Positions 61,701 through 64,000 of a stretch of 64,000 nucleotides of DNA are shown piece by piece. Source of the DNA: Cenococcum geophilum. Its lineage: Eukaryota. Numbering within the stretch: the stretch's first letter is position 1; the number at the start of each line of letters is the position of its first letter. Made by a program: the position numbers and the translations under genes. The stretch lies in assembly GCA_050273025.1 (NCBI GenBank), contig CP158635.1:2108001-2172000 (forward strand). The letters run 5' to 3'. The notes under the pieces were generated by a model that was given only the letters and a program-made list of their open reading frames with translations, searched no databases and was not told where the DNA came from.

Positions 61701-64000
61701 TAGTATTATCTTCCAACTATAGTATGCTACTAGGTACCATCCGTCTTAATGCCTTTATATAAAGTACGCCCCTAATATATAGTCTAATATATCTATTTTT
61801 ATAACTGTCTTTAGTCCTAGTTAATAGATCTTAAGAACTAGCTCCTAGGTAAATAACCTTTTAACTTTCTTAAAGAGTTCCCTTTACTCCTCTCCCTATG
61901 CCTATAGTTCTTCTTTCTTTATTAACCGCGTAAATGGCTTAATGTTTTTTAACTACTGCGCTATAAACCTTCTATAGTAATTGCAAAACCCTAGAAATAA
62001 TCTTAACTATATAACGTTCTCTAGTTGCTACCAATTTACTATAGCCTCGATCTTCTTTAGATCTATACTAAGTTAGCCTAGTTTAATAATAAATCTAACA
62101 AAATTGGTCTTCCTAGTAAAGAACTCGTATTTCTTAATTGCTACTAGCATCTATTCTTCTTATAGTCTCTTTAAGACCTATTTAACATGTTCTCCGTGTT
62201 TTTCCTCTGTTATTAAGTAGATAATAATATTATTAAGATATACTATAATAAATTTATCTAAGTGTTCTCCTAATATATTATTAATACGCTTCTAGAACGT
62301 TACTAGTGCGTTTATAAGCCCAAATTATATAACTAATGGTTTATATAGTCCTTCCTTTAACCTAAAGGCTGCCTTTTATTTATTGCCTTCCTTAATCCTA
62401 ATCTAATAGTACGCCCATCTTAGATTTATCTTTATAAAGATTTACGCATTGCCTATCCTATCTTAGATTTCGCTAATTAAGGGTAAAGGATACCTATCCT
62501 TCCTAGTAATGCTATTTAACTGTCTATAGTTAATATACAGCCTTAGTTTACCATTTTTCTTTAGTATAAATAGTACTAGATAACCTACTAATAACTGCAA
62601 TAGTCTAATATATCCCTTTTATAGATTTTCCTAGATAAACTCTTTTAACGCTCTACCTTCTTCTTTAATAAGCTTATAGATTAGAAAGAACCTTAGACTT
62701 ATTTCTGGTTTTAACTCTATTTTATAGTCCTATACTATATATTCTAACAGCTTTTTACTTTCCGGTAACTATAGTTTTTTACTATACTTATAGTATCTCT
62801 TTAGTACATAACTTAGTCCCTTTTCTATTTCTTCGTAGGTTGCTCCTACTTAGTACTATACTAACTTAGCTTATTATTACATTTTACGGCGTTAAGTATC
62901 TCTAATATTAACCTAACCTGTAATCTAATCGATCCTTAAATTATATTCCTATAACTAAGGTATGCCTAATACTGCCTTATCCCGTCCTAATAGTAGGATA
63001 TTAAAAGACATCTTAATTTATCTCCCTTTAATAGTTATCTAAATAGGTCCTGTTTTAAGATTAATAATCCCTCCTCTATAGGTTATTAGATCTCCTAAAA
63101 TTGTAACTAATAGGTAAGGTTGCTCCTTTTATTTATAAAGTAGTCCTATTCTCTTAACTGCTGCTAGTAAGATATAGTTTTATATTACTCCACTATCTAT
63201 TAGCGCTTTAAACTGCTAATCTTACCAATTAATTCGTAAATTTAGGTGTCGTCCTTAAATTCCTTTAAGGGTTTAAGGCTCTACTACTGGCTTCCTCTGG
63301 TTTTATAGGCCTCTACTTTTCCTAACTGTTAGCTGCTTAATCCTAGTATACTTAGCTTATTCTTTAGCTAATACCTAATTCGCTTTTTATCTTTAATATA
63401 CTATAAACACGTATTTTCTGGGCATTTTTACTACTATTGTCTATCTAAGCATTCTTCCATAAGGAATCTTCCTGGTTAAAGTACTAAACTTCCTTCTTCT
63501 TAGACCTCTGCTAGATGCCATCTATATATATATTTAGTATTCCTATACTATTACTCGTCCGTTATCCAGTATATCCTTATAGGGTATTTCCGATTTTTTT
63601 CCTTTAGATTCTTATGTATATCGTATATATCGTCCACGCACGCAATCTATAATAATGTATAGTGTGCTAGGTACTTTAGGTTAACTCTTAGCTCGTCTTT
63701 ATTTCCAAGTTTAAACCTTTATTATGCTAATCTAAACGTTATAACTTTATTTATAGGTACTAAGATGCGTCTCTTGCTTCTCTAGTCCTCTAAACGTTCC
63801 TTTAGATCCTTTGCTGTTATAATTAAGGCTCCTTTAATATGCGTTATAGCCTTTTCTATAATCGGGTAGTCCTAAATAACTTTTTTATCTAACTATATAT
63901 AGAAATCTTCCCACTTATTATTGTGCCTCTGCCTATACTACTTTTGGTATAGCTGCTAGAGTATATACGGCTTATCCGTAAGGAAGTATCTTCTTATTAC
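58768..64000 (-). mobile_element. Gypsy family B copy B3, inverted: 3' LTR 58768-59193, pol and the end of gag, continuing beyond the window
   Basis: 426-bp reverse-complement LTR, reverse-complement polypurine tract CTATCTCCCTCCTC, and reverse-complement colinearity with B1 at about 41650-46875. Confidence 0.93.
59302..59937 (+). pseudogene. Antisense accessory gene of Gypsy B3 (exons 59302-59530 and 59586-59937), RIPed
   Basis: 76 codons + T, a 55-bp intron (ATACGC as RIPed GTACGC ... CTAAT ... TAG), then GG (Trp) and a coiled-coil exon including SRLAASA.LIRL.KVRKKV. Confidence 0.7.

Overview
This window is from a filamentous ascomycete (intron signals and RIP pattern; a Dothideomycete is plausible but is inference). 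It has three zones. (1) 1-8.7 kb: RIP-mutated DNA transposons (hAT, a hAT MITE, a complete PIF/Harbinger) and a decayed ZNFX1-like gene (RZ zinc finger) that the hAT and MITE interrupt. (2) 9.4-32 kb: a gene island with MED13/SSN2, ENP2/NOL10 (GC-AG intron), a sulfotransferase-like pseudogene, a conserved hypothetical gene, a GPI-anchored BIM1/X325-like His-brace protein, an unknown pseudogene, a 4-exon secreted beta/gamma-crystallin-like protein not recovered intact by the ORF track, a type-2 asparaginase and a Mug135/DUF1773-like gene. (3) 32.2-64 kb: a heavily RIPed, AT-rich nest of elements that can be resolved from LTRs, TIRs and TSDs. It holds chromovirus Gypsy A, which contains a Fot1/pogo element, a Copia (itself containing Gypsy B1), a 141-bp MITE, an ORF1-only LINE fragment, a solo LTR, and Gypsy B2 (containing B3). 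The most striking observation is that both Gypsy families carry an antisense, intron-containing accessory gene between pol and the 3' LTR. After manual de-RIPing it encodes a protein with Zn(II)2Cys6-type cysteine spacing followed by a coiled coil, and the intron position is conserved in the three copies whose 3' region is in the window. All family assignments are from motif recognition by eye; no database searches were run.
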